Made by a program: the position numbers and the translations under genes
Part shown: one piece after another, positions 30,955-32,000 of the stretch
Position numbering within the stretch: the stretch's first letter is position 1
Layout of the letters: each line of letters opens with the position of its first letter
Assembly: GCA_000025185.1 (NCBI GenBank)
Contig: CP001848.1
Coordinates: 4,170,001-4,202,000 of the forward strand
Direction of reading: 5' to 3'
DNA: 32,000 nucleotides
Origin: Pirellula staleyi DSM 6068
GTDB lineage: Bacteria; Planctomycetota; Planctomycetia; Pirellulales; Pirellulaceae
The notes under the pieces: generated by a model
What the model saw: only the letters and a program-made list of their open reading frames with translations
Databases searched by the model: none
Told to the model about the DNA's origin: nothing

Positions 30955-31740
30955 ATGAGCGACGTGGCCAATCCCGCAGCCTCTGGTGAAGAGACCAAAA
31001 AGTGGCGTCCCCTCAACTCGCGCTGCCGGCGCATTTTTGGCGTGCTGATTGAAAAAGCGAAGACAACGCCTGATGCCTACCCCCTCACACTTTCGGGGCT
31101 CATCACCGGCTGTAATCAAAAGAGCAATCGCGAACCGCAGATGAATCTCGACAGCGATGAGGTCGAGCAGCATCTCGAGGAACTGCGCGCCCTGGGTGCG
31201 GTGACTGAAGTGCAGGGGAGTGGTCGCGTCGCCAAGTATCGCCATCATGCGTACGAGTGGCTCGGGGTCGATAAGTTTGAACTCGCCGTAATGACCGAAC
31301 TGCTGCTGCGGGGCGAACAAACACTGGGGGAACTGCGTGGACGTGCGGCTCGCATGGAGCCGATTGCCGATCTCGCGGCGCTGAAGCCGATCGTCGATTC
31401 GCTGCTGAAAAAGGGGCTGATGATTGCCCTGACACCAGCTGGTCGCGGGCAAATTGTGACGCACAATCTCTACAAAGAGCGGGAGATGGTGGAACTTCGA
31501 GCCCAGTTTGCAAACTACACCCCACCTTCGCCATCAGCAACCGATGACGACGATGGCCCAGTGACGCGGCACGCGCCATCGGCGCCGGTGGCTTCAGCTC
31601 ACGCGACTCCAGCGGCAGCTCCGCTGCGGAGTATCACGGCCGATATGCTGGCGGAACTCAATGTCGAGTTTGCCGAACTTCGTGCCGAAGTGATGCGTCT
31701 GCGCGAGCGCGTGACGACGCTGGAAGATAAAGTGGGTTAG
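30955..31740 (+). CDS. yceH: YceH/DUF480 (UPF0502) family protein
   Basis: GAAGGAG lies 7 nt upstream of ATG 30955 (GTG 30952 is also in frame). It closely resembles E. coli YceH as I remember it: RRIFGVLIEKAKTTPDAYPLTLSGLITGCNQKSNREPQMNLDSDEVEQHLEEL, LLLRGEQTLGELRGRAARM, and a C-terminal coiled-coil ELNVEFAELRAEVMRLRERVTTLE. Confidence 0.85.
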   Translation: MSDVANPAASGEETKKWRPLNSRCRRIFGVLIEKAKTTPDAYPLTLSGLITGCNQKSNREPQMNLDSDEVEQHLEELRALGAVTEVQGSGRVAKYRHHAYEWLGVDKFELAVMTELLLRGEQTLGELRGRAARMEPIADLAALKPIVDSLLKKGLMIALTPAGRGQIVTHNLYKEREMVELRAQFANYTPPSPSATDDDDGPVTRHAPSAPVASAHATPAAAPLRSITADMLAELNVEFAELRAEVMRLRERVTTLEDKVG

Positions 31741-31779
31741 TGGTCGGCGCTATTCTGTGAATCGCCGTCTTGGCTAACG

Positions 31780-32000
31780 CTAGGAAGTGGGACCACGAAA
31801 TAGAGCCGGAGCGAGCGGGGCCAGACTGGCACTGCTGTCGAGTGCCGCGCGAAGTCGCTGAAGATATTCGGCGCGTGGAATTTCCGTTGCACCGAGGCTT
31901 CGCGTGTGGTCGTTGATCCACTGCACGTCGAGTAGTTGAAACCCGCGCTCGAGCAGTGTTTGCTCGAGGAACATCAGGGCGATCTTCGAGCCATCACTCA
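31780..32000 (-). CDS. aat: Leucyl/phenylalanyl-tRNA--protein transferase, 3' portion (5' end beyond window)
   Basis: The frame stays open to the window edge (...SDGSKIALMFLEQTLLERGFQLLDVQWINDHTRSLGATEIPRAEYLQRL...). It matches the C-terminal region of E. coli Aat as I remember it (ASKTAL...[25 protein letters not shown]). Confidence 0.8.
   Translation of the reverse strand, partial: SDGSKIALMFLEQTLLERGFQLLDVQWINDHTRSLGATEIPRAEYLQRLRAALDSSASLAPLAPALFRGPTS

Overview
This is a moderately GC-rich bacterial chromosomal window. Its gene content looks Planctomycetota-like (Pirellulales-type), which is an inference from three things: a PSCyt1 'planctomycete cytochrome c' domain fused to WD40 repeats, a giant dockerin-terminated surface protein with an Arg-rich, LExR-type N-terminus, and a Legionella-MOMP-like outer-membrane protein. 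I can support 18 CDS (one cut by the right edge), one tRNA-Ala(CGC) and four rho-independent terminators. I found no rRNA, CRISPR array, transposase or integrase. The left 18 kb is an unbroken same-strand run of exported-protein genes: three tandem HtrA-like trypsin-fold/PDZ genes (only the first keeps the His/Asp/Ser triad), a beta-barrel OMP with a Pro/Met-rich and Cys/Gly-rich N-terminal extension, and a 10.9-kb gene for a 3,644-aa protein in which I find no cysteine (cadherin-like, RTX, PPC, Ig-like, FG-GAP and dockerin modules). The right 14 kb is a mixed set: cyclophilin, tRNA-Ala, a CusRS-like two-component pair divergent from a SulP/STAS transporter, two tandem purine nucleoside phosphorylase paralogues that differ at the base-specificity residue (Asn vs Asp), a secreted Pro/Ala-rich hypothetical, a PSCyt1-WD40 protein, a small mono-haem cytochrome c, a sialate O-acetylesterase-family esterase, a DJ-1/PfpI protein, a YceH/DUF480 protein and the 3' part of aat. 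The best candidate for an undescribed system is the '1 active + 2 dead' HtrA-like triplet, whose third member also carries a degenerate alpha/beta-hydrolase domain, possibly working with the adjacent OMP and giant surface protein. All domain calls rest on motif recognition by eye. No database search was run.
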